Source of the DNA: Lentisphaera sp.
Lineage (GTDB): Bacteria; Verrucomicrobiota; Lentisphaeria; Victivallales; GWF2-50-93
DNA length: 34,358 nt
Reading direction: 5' to 3'
Assembly: GCA_020721745.1 (NCBI GenBank)
Contig: DYMC01000002.1
Coordinates: 1-34,358, forward strand
The notes below the pieces were generated by a model. The model was not told the DNA's origin and ran no database searches. It saw only the letters and a program-made list of their open reading frames with translations. Below are positions 26,938-34,358 of the stretch, piece after piece (the first letter of the stretch is position 1; each line of letters opens with the position of its first letter). The position numbers were made by a program, and so were the translations under genes.

Positions 26938-27265
26938 AAGGAATGACCTTTACAAGTACAAGTTCTCCGTTCTGGTCTGGCTTAAAGAGTTTGATATCTC
27001 CACTATGCGTTGAGGGCTCATCGGCATAAGGTATCGGAGTTTTCCAACATTTAACTCTTCTTGAAACCCCGCGCTGACTCTCTAACACGATGTCATCGGC
27101 TAACGTAAACACGTCTTCTTCCTCCTCTTGTTTCTGCGTTACCTTCCTTTTTCCGTACTTCTCGAGGATTCTTTTCACGGAAATAAACGGTAATCCCGTG
27201 ATTTCTGAAATGAGCGGAGCCGAATAACCGAGCTTCGCCAAAGCTTTTACGTCGTCTTCTCTCAT
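26879..27265 (-). CDS. HTH-domain protein (128 aa)
   Basis: N-terminal LAKLGYSAPLISEITGLPFISVKRILEKYG. Its ATG overlaps the stop of the 60-aa ORF (ATGA). Its tail overlaps the polymerase start by 59 nt. Confidence 0.55.
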   Translation of the reverse strand: MREDDVKALAKLGYSAPLISEITGLPFISVKRILEKYGKRKVTQKQEEEEDVFTLADDIVLESQRGVSRRVKCWKTPIPYADEPSTHSGDIKLFKPDQNGELVLVKVIPYESTLDNSRRLRNALARRY

Positions 27266-27444
27266 TGGATGTTCTTGTCGCCGATGGATGGATTTTCCAT
27301 TTTCTTCAGCTTTTCCGCAATCATATCAACACCTTTGGCGACATGCTCCTCAATATCTTGCCATCCGCGTGTAGCACAGATGACTTCAAGAACCGAGAGC
27401 AGAGAACCCATTTCCACAAGAATTTCCTTGTTATTGTTGTCCAT
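27262..27444 (-). CDS. Small acidic hypothetical protein (60 aa)
   Basis: TAGGAG upstream of the ATG. Overlaps the recombinase stop by 14 nt and is coupled to the HTH gene. Confidence 0.5.
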   Translation of the reverse strand: MDNNNKEILVEMGSLLSVLEVICATRGWQDIEEHVAKGVDMIAEKLKKMENPSIGDKNIQ

Positions 27445-28417
27445 TGCTTTCTCCTATCACATGTTCGACTTCTTCGAGTCCTTTACGGATTCGAGAAATC
27501 GCTGGGGTTGAATAGTGTGCGGTTGTGGACACCCTAGCGTGCCCAAGGAACTTCTGACGATCAATCGCGTCCATATTGTTCAGGGAGGCGGACGTATGCC
27601 GAAGGACGTGCCAACTCACCCAATCCAGCCCCGCCTTTCTGGCCGCGTTCTTCAAGAGCTGATATGGACCGGAAGTCCTGTTGATCATTCTTTGCTTGTC
27701 GGCGGTAAGAAAGATCGGTGTATCGGGGGTCAGCTCCCTCCACTCGATAGCACGTTCAACAAGCATGCGCGAACGTGTAGTTAACGGTATAACACGGACG
27801 CTTTTCTTGGTCTTCGGCGGGCCGTAGGATCTAGTTACAGCATCCCACGATCTCCGAACGACAAAGGAATTAGGCGCTACGGGGAGCCCATCTTTGTACA
27901 CTAGATCGTTTGTAAAGTTGAAATCGTCAAAAATGAGTCCGGCCATCTCACCAACACGAAGACCAGTCAAAACCATGAACTCCACAACGTCTCGAATGCG
28001 CGGGCTGATATTAGCGAACAAACGTCGAAGTTCCTCGGGCGTCAAGCCCCGAATGAACTTCCCCTCTTTTCCGTATGAACGCGTGTCATAGATTGGATTG
28101 TCCATCACGACACCGCGTCGACGGAACCAGCCGTACAGATTCTTGACGGCTTGCCGGATAGCCTTCACCGTACTCAGGCAGTACTGTCCGGCAAGCCAGT
28201 CAAAGAACTGTTGCCAGTGGTGTGTCTTGAGTTCGTTCAGTAGCTCGTCGCCAAGAGCGTCCTCAACGATCTTAAGACGATCTGTAAGACTGGAAATGGA
28301 GCTTGGCCGGAGCGTACTGACATGCCCACGCATGTAGAGAAAGATTGCAGTACGCACAGTAAGCCGCTCCTGCAACTCCTCTTGTTGCTTCTCGAGTGTA
28401 AATTCAGTACGCTCCAT
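27431..28417 (-). CDS. int: Tyrosine recombinase / integrase
   Basis: 328 aa. TGLRVGEM (Arg I), HVLRHT (His-x-x-Arg), LGHARVSTTAHY (His/Tyr nucleophile). AAGGAG upstream. Confidence 0.85.
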   Translation of the reverse strand: MERTEFTLEKQQEELQERLTVRTAIFLYMRGHVSTLRPSSISSLTDRLKIVEDALGDELLNELKTHHWQQFFDWLAGQYCLSTVKAIRQAVKNLYGWFRRRGVVMDNPIYDTRSYGKEGKFIRGLTPEELRRLFANISPRIRDVVEFMVLTGLRVGEMAGLIFDDFNFTNDLVYKDGLPVAPNSFVVRRSWDAVTRSYGPPKTKKSVRVIPLTTRSRMLVERAIEWRELTPDTPIFLTADKQRMINRTSGPYQLLKNAARKAGLDWVSWHVLRHTSASLNNMDAIDRQKFLGHARVSTTAHYSTPAISRIRKGLEEVEHVIGESNGQQ

Positions 28418-28427
28418 CGTGTTCTCC

Positions 28428-29012
28428 TTAGAATGGGGTTTCTTCGTCTGCTCCGTAGCCGATCAGATCGTTGGCGGAAACGGGTTTTCGTGACTCCTCG
28501 AGGGCTTCAAACTCGTCCTGGGCGGCCTTCCGTCCATCGAACCGCTCGCCATCTTCTAGCTTCTGAATGTTACACAGAGCAAGCGAGACGCCACGGTTGC
28601 CGTTGGTATCGTATGCATACGGGCGAACGGATGCACGGACATAGCATCCCGGATAGATCTCATCCGGATCGGTGATCGGGACGGGTTTACCGTCGGTGCC
28701 GGCATATCGATCCACAATGCCGGGTTTGCTCTTAGTCCGGATGTTGATGAAAACGGCCCCCTCAGGGTAACCCTTCTCTTCAACGTCCGTACGGAAGGGA
28801 AGACGGAGTTTCCCGGACTTGATGAGAGCGTCGGACTTGTCTCCGAATCGTTCTCTCGCGGTCTCAATGACCGCTTTCTTCAAGGCCGAAAGGTCCGTCC
28901 CAGCCTCAAAGACGAGACTGCAGGAATACATCGGTTCAGCACCCGGAGCGGCAGCTCGGGGCTCAAAGACGTGAGGGTAACTGATTCGCGCCTTCGGCGT
29001 AATGATCGTCAT
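28428..29012 (-). CDS. ssDNA-binding protein, DUF2815 / T7 gp2.5-like
   Basis: 194 aa. ARISYPHVFEP N-terminus and an acidic C-terminal tail ending GADEETPF. Located next to the DUF2800 nuclease, as is typical. Confidence 0.8.
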   Translation of the reverse strand: MTIITPKARISYPHVFEPRAAAPGAEPMYSCSLVFEAGTDLSALKKAVIETARERFGDKSDALIKSGKLRLPFRTDVEEKGYPEGAVFINIRTKSKPGIVDRYAGTDGKPVPITDPDEIYPGCYVRASVRPYAYDTNGNRGVSLALCNIQKLEDGERFDGRKAAQDEFEALEESRKPVSANDLIGYGADEETPF

Positions 29013-30160
29013 TCGTTTTCCTCCAAGAACTCCTCTCCGGCTGCACTACTAGACGCGTCAGATCGTGGATCGGTTTCACGTACCAGCGTTCTACCGGAAG
29101 AGTGCTTATCGATCAAGTCGGCAGGAATCTTCTTCCTGCCTACAAGTTTCTCCATCTGAGCGGGGTTGATCAACCGCCGCTCAAAAATATCAGCCTGACG
29201 GAGCCGCATCTTGCGTGCCCAGTCTAATACGGCATCCTCGGAGACCCACTTGCGCACGGCTCTCTTCTCGACGATCTTCCAGCCCGGGACGTCTTGTCCT
29301 CTGTCAATCTCGTCGAACAGATAACCGCGCATCGAGGATGCCCAGGGGATGAGAACGTCCTCGGCCCATTTAAGCAGTGCCGCGACTTCCTCGATAGACA
29401 ACAGCTTACAATCAGCGAACTCCTCACGAGCCTTCTGCTTCGCCTGTTCGGCTACGGCAGGGCAAACCGGGAGGGCAGGACAAAATCGGCACCAAGCTCC
29501 AGGGTTGAGAGTCTCGTCTCCGCTCTCGACACGCTTCACGGAAGAAATGGCTGTCGCGAGAATCTCAATGAACTCCTTCGGATCAACCTGCCATGACCGA
29601 ATAGGACCATCAGCGTGCGGTGCCCTCGGTTGAACGATGGTCACGACGATGTCCTTAATGGCCGATTGGACGGACTTTGAGAGCATGGACAAGACGCCAT
29701 GAGCATAGAGGACAAGCTGATAGTTTCCCCTGGGCTCAACAACCACGCCTTGACCATGCTTGTAATCCACGATTTCCAGACGATCACCCGTGACATACCA
29801 GAAGTCGACGATCCCCTTAATGACTGTATCACCAAGGGTTAGTTGGACTTGATCCTCAATACCGCAATAATCTGACGTCAGCAGCTTGGGAAGAGTATAG
29901 TCGACATAGGTACGTACGGCATCCTTCTGAAGATCCGGGATGTCATCAAAGCCGGACTTAACGGAATGAGGATCTGATACACGATGTTCAAGACAATACT
30001 CCGCAAGCTCGTGAGCTCGGCTGCCTTCGTTGGCAAAGGGGCTTTCCGGCTGAGGCGGTGCCGTAGCAGAGAGGATCACCGACCCAGGACAGTTGATCCA
30101 ACGGGTCGCTCCGCTTGGGCTAATCTTCGTGTGTTGTCTTTCCGAATGAGTCATATTCAC
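29009..30160 (-). CDS. PD-(D/E)XK nuclease, DUF2800/Cas4-like with C-terminal Cys cluster
   Basis: 383 aa. ISPSGATRWINCPGS N-terminus and CRFCPALPVCPA near the C-terminal part. Confidence 0.8.
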   Translation of the reverse strand: MNMTHSERQHTKISPSGATRWINCPGSVILSATAPPQPESPFANEGSRAHELAEYCLEHRVSDPHSVKSGFDDIPDLQKDAVRTYVDYTLPKLLTSDYCGIEDQVQLTLGDTVIKGIVDFWYVTGDRLEIVDYKHGQGVVVEPRGNYQLVLYAHGVLSMLSKSVQSAIKDIVVTIVQPRAPHADGPIRSWQVDPKEFIEILATAISSVKRVESGDETLNPGAWCRFCPALPVCPAVAEQAKQKAREEFADCKLLSIEEVAALLKWAEDVLIPWASSMRGYLFDEIDRGQDVPGWKIVEKRAVRKWVSEDAVLDWARKMRLRQADIFERRLINPAQMEKLVGRKKIPADLIDKHSSGRTLVRETDPRSDASSSAAGEEFLEENE

Positions 30161-30588
30161 CCCTTCAGGGCTTCCGTAATGGCCGCATACGCAGCCGGAA
30201 GCTGCTCTTCTTTCAGCTCCAGCACCCTCCGGACGCCAAAGTTGGCCAGAATGTCAGCCACCTTGCCAATCTGATTGTTACTGGCACTACGAACCAACTC
30301 AATCAGAGTTTTGTGGTCCACATCAGGGGGAGCAGGTGCAGGAGTTTCGGTTTCTTCGGCTTGAACGGGTTCTTCGGCCTCTGCCTCAGGCGTGGGAGCC
30401 GTATCTTCCTTTAGCGAGGGCATGTAGACCTCTCTCCGTTCCGGACGCGGCAAAGACTTCATTTCTTCGTGAATACGGCGCATAACCTCGCACGTTCGGC
30501 GAACGGCTTCGTCGATCTCAGTGAAAGAATCGCAAGTCGTTTCCACGTTGAACCAATGGCTTCCGTCAACGTCAATTTTCATCAACAT
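30157..30588 (-). CDS. Hypothetical protein (143 aa) with acidic P/E/A-rich linker
   Basis: GGAGGG 6 nt upstream of the ATG. Coupled to its neighbours. No motif. Confidence 0.6.
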   Translation of the reverse strand: MLMKIDVDGSHWFNVETTCDSFTEIDEAVRRTCEVMRRIHEEMKSLPRPERREVYMPSLKEDTAPTPEAEAEEPVQAEETETPAPAPPDVDHKTLIELVRSASNNQIGKVADILANFGVRRVLELKEEQLPAAYAAITEALKG

Positions 30589-31916
30589 CGTTGTCCCTCC
30601 AATAAATCGATCATTTTGGCTTTTCGGGTTATCACTCGCGCAATCGCCTCGTCAATGGATCCGGCAATAGACGCAACATAAATCTGTACTGGCTGTGTCT
30701 GACCAATCCTGTGGATCCTTTTTGCGCACTGATATAGATCCGCAGGAGTCCAGGGAAGCTCTACGACAAGAGCGGTAGACGCAGCCGTCAAAGAAATACC
30801 AACGCCCGCAGCGTTAATCTGGCCGAGGAAGACCTTCACTTCGGGATCATTCTGGAAGCGTTCAATCGCTTCCGAACGTTGATGCGAACTGGACATACCA
30901 GTGAGCTGAACGTTCCCGACGTCCCTGTCGGCAAGCCAGTTATGAATTTGATTGATGACGTCGTGGTGCAAACACCACAGGACGATTTTCTTCCCGCTGA
31001 TCAAATAAGAATCCAACCACTCGAATATGGCCGGAAGTTTTAGTAACCCAGTCAGCCTTCTAAGAGTAGTCAAATGCGGCGCTTCGTTCTGAAGGATTGA
31101 CAGAATTTCCTCATCAGTCTTCGCGTTTTCGAAGGCTTTCATGAACTCGAATGCCCGGTCGTTATTGACAATATACGCTCCAATGTCCTTCGCCTTAAAA
31201 AGCCAAAGACGAAGATCCGACCACGTCCATTGAGGAAGCTCCTTCAAGACGTCCGAAACAGACCTTCGGAGCCACACCTTCCTGACCATAGACCGGAGCT
31301 CATCAAGTGTGTCTTTCCGGAGGGCTGTGACCCTCGGCCCGTAGGGCGTCTGATCAATCCTGCAATACCGCATTAAGAAGTCATAGTACGGTAGCGGTGT
31401 CAACCCAGCAAAGTACAGGTGGGTCCAGTACTCTCCAGGATGGTTCGGAGCCGGCGTTGCGCTTAGCAGCCACAAGCGTGAAGCGTAATTAGCAAAGCCA
31501 CGGAACTGCCTGCGTGTACTGTAGATGTACTTCGTCCTAAGGGCTGTCGGATTCTTGACGTAATGGGCTTCATCGCAGATCAGAACTTCAACGCCAAGAT
31601 CCCGGCCCATCTTAGAAGCCTTCCTGCGTAGGAAGTCGTAGCTCCAGATGGTTATCTTATCCTTGATCTCCGGGCACCACTCCTCAACGTGCTGCTCCCA
31701 GACCGGGATAACGGAAGCAGGGGACACGATAAGAGCGTTTCTTGGGTTCAGGCAGGAAAGCGCCGTGCATGCTTCAACCGTCTTGCCTAAGCCTGCTTCA
31801 TCCGCGAGCCCGGCGACCCGGCGGCTCAAGAGCCATTCCACTCCAGTCCGCTGATACGGACGTAAGCGTCCCACGTTTGCTGACGTCAAATTTATCGGAA
31901 CGTTGTGGGTGGACAT
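30582..31916 (-). CDS. SNF2-family (DEAH) helicase
   Basis: 444 aa. LRPYQRTGVEWL, DEAGLGKT, LICDEAHYVKN, motif VI KRIHRIGQTQPV. Confidence 0.85.
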   Translation of the reverse strand: MSTHNVPINLTSANVGRLRPYQRTGVEWLLSRRVAGLADEAGLGKTVEACTALSCLNPRNALIVSPASVIPVWEQHVEEWCPEIKDKITIWSYDFLRRKASKMGRDLGVEVLICDEAHYVKNPTALRTKYIYSTRRQFRGFANYASRLWLLSATPAPNHPGEYWTHLYFAGLTPLPYYDFLMRYCRIDQTPYGPRVTALRKDTLDELRSMVRKVWLRRSVSDVLKELPQWTWSDLRLWLFKAKDIGAYIVNNDRAFEFMKAFENAKTDEEILSILQNEAPHLTTLRRLTGLLKLPAIFEWLDSYLISGKKIVLWCLHHDVINQIHNWLADRDVGNVQLTGMSSSHQRSEAIERFQNDPEVKVFLGQINAAGVGISLTAASTALVVELPWTPADLYQCAKRIHRIGQTQPVQIYVASIAGSIDEAIARVITRKAKMIDLLEGQRC

Positions 31917-32298
31917 TTTCGTATTTTATCCTAAGCCCGTCGAGAGAACGGAAAATCTTCTTGACACACCCGCACCCAATGCACTTCAATATGATCGTTC
32001 TGACTCCGTCCATCCTGAATCCAGAAACAAGAGTCCAACGATGCCTGGTCCATACGCATGCGGGCATTGCGGGATGGACGAGTATAGGAATCTTGTATTG
32101 AACTTCTCCTCCTCCTACCAGCTCCGTAACTGTGGCCGTTACGAGAATGGATTCCCTTCTCTTCAGAAGCCAGTGTATGAGTAACCGATGTCGTCTCCAT
32201 AGCGTCTTCTCGGGGTCTTTCTTGGAGCGGATGATCCTAGGAAAGCTGATGGGCGTCTCTACAATGTATGTCCTCAGTCGTCCTTTCACCTTCATCAA
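31798..32298 (-). CDS. Unresolved small CDS between RuvC-like and SNF2 genes (Cys-containing frame; alternative frame 31931..32200)
   Basis: A 320-nt gap (31917-32236) must be filled. This frame reads protein-like (VQYKIPILVHPAMPACVWTRHRWTLVSGFRMDGVRTIILKCIGCGCVKKIF) but overlaps SNF2 by 119 nt and RuvC by 62 nt. The alternative 89-aa frame fits the gap but is R/S-rich and unconvincing. Neither has a clear SD. Confidence 0.3.
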   Translation of the reverse strand: MMKVKGRLRTYIVETPISFPRIIRSKKDPEKTLWRRHRLLIHWLLKRRESILVTATVTELVGGGEVQYKIPILVHPAMPACVWTRHRWTLVSGFRMDGVRTIILKCIGCGCVKKIFRSLDGLRIKYENVHPQRSDKFDVSKRGTLTSVSADWSGMALEPPGRRARG

Positions 32299-32842
32299 CC
32301 ACTATACCAAAATCGTGGCCGCATGTAAAGCACAATCCGTAGACCGCCAGACCAAGTGCGTCGGCCCGACCGTCATGAGAACACTTTCTCAGATATTCAA
32401 GAGCGTTCGGGAAGTACTCCTTCGCCCAAGCACGTGCCCAACGGATGGCCGCATTCTTGTCTGCAGGGACGCCGAGGGTGCGCTTCCAAACGTTCGGCCT
32501 TACTCGCGACAGCGAGCAGAACAACGAAGCGAGTGCTTCTATGTTTCCCGTGGAACGCCCAAAGGAGAATGTCGAGGACACGCCCTGCTTCGGCATGGCG
32601 GATACTTCCTCGAACTCGATAATATCTGGCTTGCCGTATATTGTCGCTAAAGAAACTAGGAGATTGTAAGTTTCATGAGCGTTGATACGGCTTCGCTTCT
32701 TCCCGGACAAGAGAGTGTACTTTTCAAGTGCGGGCGAAACAAAGCCAACACCAAGCACCTCGCGATTGTCCAAGTCGACCCTGACAGACACAACAGCACC
32801 GGTAATGCCTGGGTCGACACCCCAGACGACAAGCTGGTTCAT
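32237..32842 (-). CDS. RuvC-like Holliday junction resolvase
   Basis: 201 aa. WGVDPGITGA, EEVSAMPKQGVSSTFSFGRSTG, GRADALGLAVYG. GGAGAAG upstream. Confidence 0.8.
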   Translation of the reverse strand: MNQLVVWGVDPGITGAVVSVRVDLDNREVLGVGFVSPALEKYTLLSGKKRSRINAHETYNLLVSLATIYGKPDIIEFEEVSAMPKQGVSSTFSFGRSTGNIEALASLFCSLSRVRPNVWKRTLGVPADKNAAIRWARAWAKEYFPNALEYLRKCSHDGRADALGLAVYGLCFTCGHDFGIVVDEGERTTEDIHCRDAHQLS

Positions 32843-33108
32843 TTCTTCTCCATTCTGATTGTAAACGACTGCACCCCAACACGTCCACCTGCTGTCTGGA
32901 TCTTGTTCTGAACCATATACAAGGCATCATCAGCGCCGCCAGACAGCCAAGCAGTGGCCGTTGTCGGCGTCTTGGACGAGTCGGCCAGCGTCAGTTCAGG
33001 AGGAACGGACCACTGGCTGGTAGAGATTGTATCCGTATCCAGCCACGCAGACCAGTTAACCGTGTAGTCGAGCAATTCATCGGGATCTTTTACGAAGAAA
33101 GTGTTCAT
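32839..33108 (-). CDS. Small conserved phage protein of the KDPxxxLDY type (fibre-tail adaptor-like)
   Basis: 89 aa. FVKDPDELLDYTVNWSAWLDTDTISTSQW...ATAWLSGG...ALYMVQNKIQTAGGRV matches a widespread about 100-aa phage family that I recall being annotated as fibre-tail adaptor. AGGAG upstream. Confidence 0.5.
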   Translation of the reverse strand: MNTFFVKDPDELLDYTVNWSAWLDTDTISTSQWSVPPELTLADSSKTPTTATAWLSGGADDALYMVQNKIQTAGGRVGVQSFTIRMEKK

Positions 33109-33112
33109 CGTG

Positions 33113-33430
33113 TTAACTCCTGTCTTTTACCACAATCCTCCTATCGGAAGGAACGACACACGTTCTAGCTGGGGGAGTGGAACGACGCTGTAGATTATGC
33201 GTAAGTTCCGCACCCGAGATCACATAGGCTTCTATTCCTCTTATTGCTTTTGGATTGAGTTCCACAGAAGAACTTCCTTGACAATCAAAACTAAAAGTTC
33301 TAAGCCTTGCGGGAGATGCTACTACGGAGGAACTTCCTTGGCAATTGAAACTAAAGGTTCGAAGACGATCTATTCCTCCGGAGAGGGAAGAAAGACCATC
33401 GATCCTTCCGTCTATACTAACGATCGCCAT
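33113..33430 (-). CDS. Hypothetical repeat protein (105 aa)
   Basis: GGAGGAG directly upstream of the ATG. Internal 20-aa duplication RLRTFSFNCQGSSSV / RLRTFSFDCQGSSSV. Confidence 0.5.
   Translation of the reverse strand: MAIVSIDGRIDGLSSLSGGIDRLRTFSFNCQGSSSVVASPARLRTFSFDCQGSSSVELNPKAIRGIEAYVISGAELTHNLQRRSTPPARTCVVPSDRRIVVKDRS
33270..33363. repeat. Tandem duplication with 60-bp period inside 33113..33430
   Basis: GAACTTCCTTGACAATCAAAACTAAAAGTTCTAAG (33270-33304) versus GAACTTCCTTGGCAATTGAAACTAAAGGTTCGAAG (33330-33364); 30/35 identical by hand. Confidence 0.85.
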
Positions 33431-34358
33431 GGCTCCTCCACGTCTTCCTCTGGAACGTAAATCACTCTATCTTCGGACTGGCGCTTGTATTCCCGCTCTT
33501 CGTCTTCCATGATAATCGTTCTGCGCTCGGCTGAAACAGAAAGTAGACGTTCCTGAAAAAACTTATTGACATCAACCCCACCGGAAATAGAAGAACCGGA
33601 AACAGCCTCTCCTTCCAACACTACATGTGGAACGATGGATCCCTCACAGAAAGACTCACCGGCAAGCGGGCCTTCAAAAGTTCCTAAACAATTCAGCGGG
33701 CCACTCATGCCGGAGAGGGCAAAAGAGGAACCGGCAACAGGGTGAATTGCGGCAATCGGTCCGTCTAACACACTGGCACCGGTCATTGAACCGGAGAAAC
33801 TTCTCCGGAGAGAAAAAGGACCATTTAAAACACCCGGACCGAATGTTGATCCGGAAACAATCCAAGAATGGCCCGCTTCAATCAACCCTTGATATAGACT
33901 TAATGTCTCATGAACGGTCCCATCCGGCCACGTAATTATCGAACTAGTCCACCACGATGTTGGGGAGGAGAAATCATGATACATGATTACAGCAGAAAGC
34001 TCTGAATAAGCAACGGATCGGAGAACGGACCAAGTAGCACCGCCAATAGTCAAAGACGGAGATCCCGAGCAGCTATGGTTCCGCATCCCTATTGCAAGAA
34101 CAAAAGGTGACTCGTCGGTATAATATCCGCCCACAGGGATATTATCTTGATAATTACTCATGTAAATTGTATTGGATGTATCCATGAAAGGAATATTCAG
34201 GTTAACACCACGTAGGGTTGCGTGGAAATAGACCAATGCGCACTGATCGGCTGTAACCGAAAAAGTAAATGCCGGATCACCGGAAGCATGAAACTTATAG
34301 AACAGAGCGATAGAACAATTCCCGGCAGAACACTGCCATAACTTTGTCCATCCGCTTG
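33412..34358 (-). CDS. Hypothetical protein, fibre-like Gly/Ser-periodic C-terminal half; 5' end beyond the window
   Basis: The track starts it at a TTG (34236), but my reading upstream stays open to the window edge (SGWTKLWQCSAGNCSIALFYKFHASGDPAFTFSVTADQCA-LVYFH...). About 20-aa periodic segments: VLNGPFSLRRSFSGSMTGAS / VLDGPIAAIHPVAGSSFALS / GMSGPLNCLGTFEGPLAGES. Confidence 0.55.
   Translation of the reverse strand, partial: SGWTKLWQCSAGNCSIALFYKFHASGDPAFTFSVTADQCALVYFHATLRGVNLNIPFMDTSNTIYMSNYQDNIPVGGYYTDESPFVLAIGMRNHSCSGSPSLTIGGATWSVLRSVAYSELSAVIMYHDFSSPTSWWTSSIITWPDGTVHETLSLYQGLIEAGHSWIVSGSTFGPGVLNGPFSLRRSFSGSMTGASVLDGPIAAIHPVAGSSFALSGMSGPLNCLGTFEGPLAGESFCEGSIVPHVVLEGEAVSGSSISGGVDVNKFFQERLLSVSAERRTIIMEDEEREYKRQSEDRVIYVPEEDVEEPWRSLV

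Larger units (their letters stand above)
1..34358. mobile_element. Tailed-phage (podovirus-like) genome or prophage segment; late/virion arm on + strand (2170-22005), replication/recombination arm on - strand (34358-22002)
   Basis: Contiguous terS, terL, portal, scaffold, major capsid, adaptor, S74-domain fibre and large ejection-type proteins. These are followed by a phage-type replication module (DUF2800 nuclease, DUF2815 SSB, PolA, primase-helicase, SNF2, RuvC-like) and a tyrosine recombinase. Almost no intergenic DNA; ATGA/TAATG start-stop overlaps throughout. The absence of tape measure, tube and sheath genes suggests a short tail (inference). Confidence 0.85.

Noticed and set aside
27431-28417. 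The recombinase as a protelomerase of a linear plasmid-prophage
   Set aside because: At 328 aa it is integrase-sized, whereas known protelomerases are roughly twice as long. No large telomere-type palindrome was seen in the window.
33270-33363. The 60-bp duplicated segments as a DGR template/variable repeat pair
   Set aside because: No reverse transcriptase is present in the window. The 5 mismatches are mixed substitutions rather than adenine-specific. The copies are adjacent and in frame within one ORF.
33412-33430. Programmed frameshift fusing ORFs 33412-34358 and 33113-33430 across their 19-nt overlap
   Set aside because: The downstream ORF has its own strong SD (GGAGGAG) immediately before its ATG. 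No slippery heptamer is evident in the overlap. Independent initiation is the simpler reading.

Overview
This window is about 34 kb of a tailed-phage genome, either a phage contig or the interior of a prophage. It is gene-dense, and most genes have Shine-Dalgarno leaders and overlapping, coupled starts and stops. (i) At the left edge a leftward gene pair encodes a MoxR-type AAA+ ATPase (916-1989) and an HExxH/VWA protein (1-913). The second gene runs off the window and is missing from the ORF track. (ii) A 180-bp divergent intergenic region follows. (iii) A long rightward late arm spans 2170-22005. It carries small terminase, a ~480-bp repeat-dense stretch, large terminase, portal, scaffold and a DUF5309/SU10-like major capsid gene followed by a strong hairpin. 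It continues with an adaptor, a tail/nozzle-like protein, a fibre/needle with a C-terminal S74 intramolecular-chaperone domain, three large probable ejection proteins and a group of small membrane proteins. No tape measure, tube or sheath gene is present, so the virion is probably podovirus-like. (iv) A leftward arm (34358 down to 22002) converges on the late arm. It carries fibre-like repeat proteins, a RuvC-like resolvase, an SNF2 helicase, a DUF2800 nuclease, a DUF2815 SSB and a tyrosine recombinase. It ends with a small acidic ORF plus an HTH protein, a family A DNA polymerase, a primase-helicase and a dNMP-kinase-like protein. I saw no rRNA, tRNA or CRISPR array. Three things are most worth following up. 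The first is the MoxR/VWA-metallopeptidase pair, which is neither structural nor replicative and is truncated by the edge. The second is the repeat-dense region after terS. The third is a recombinase with no adjacent non-coding DNA for an attP. All functional calls rest on motifs recognised by eye; no searches were run.
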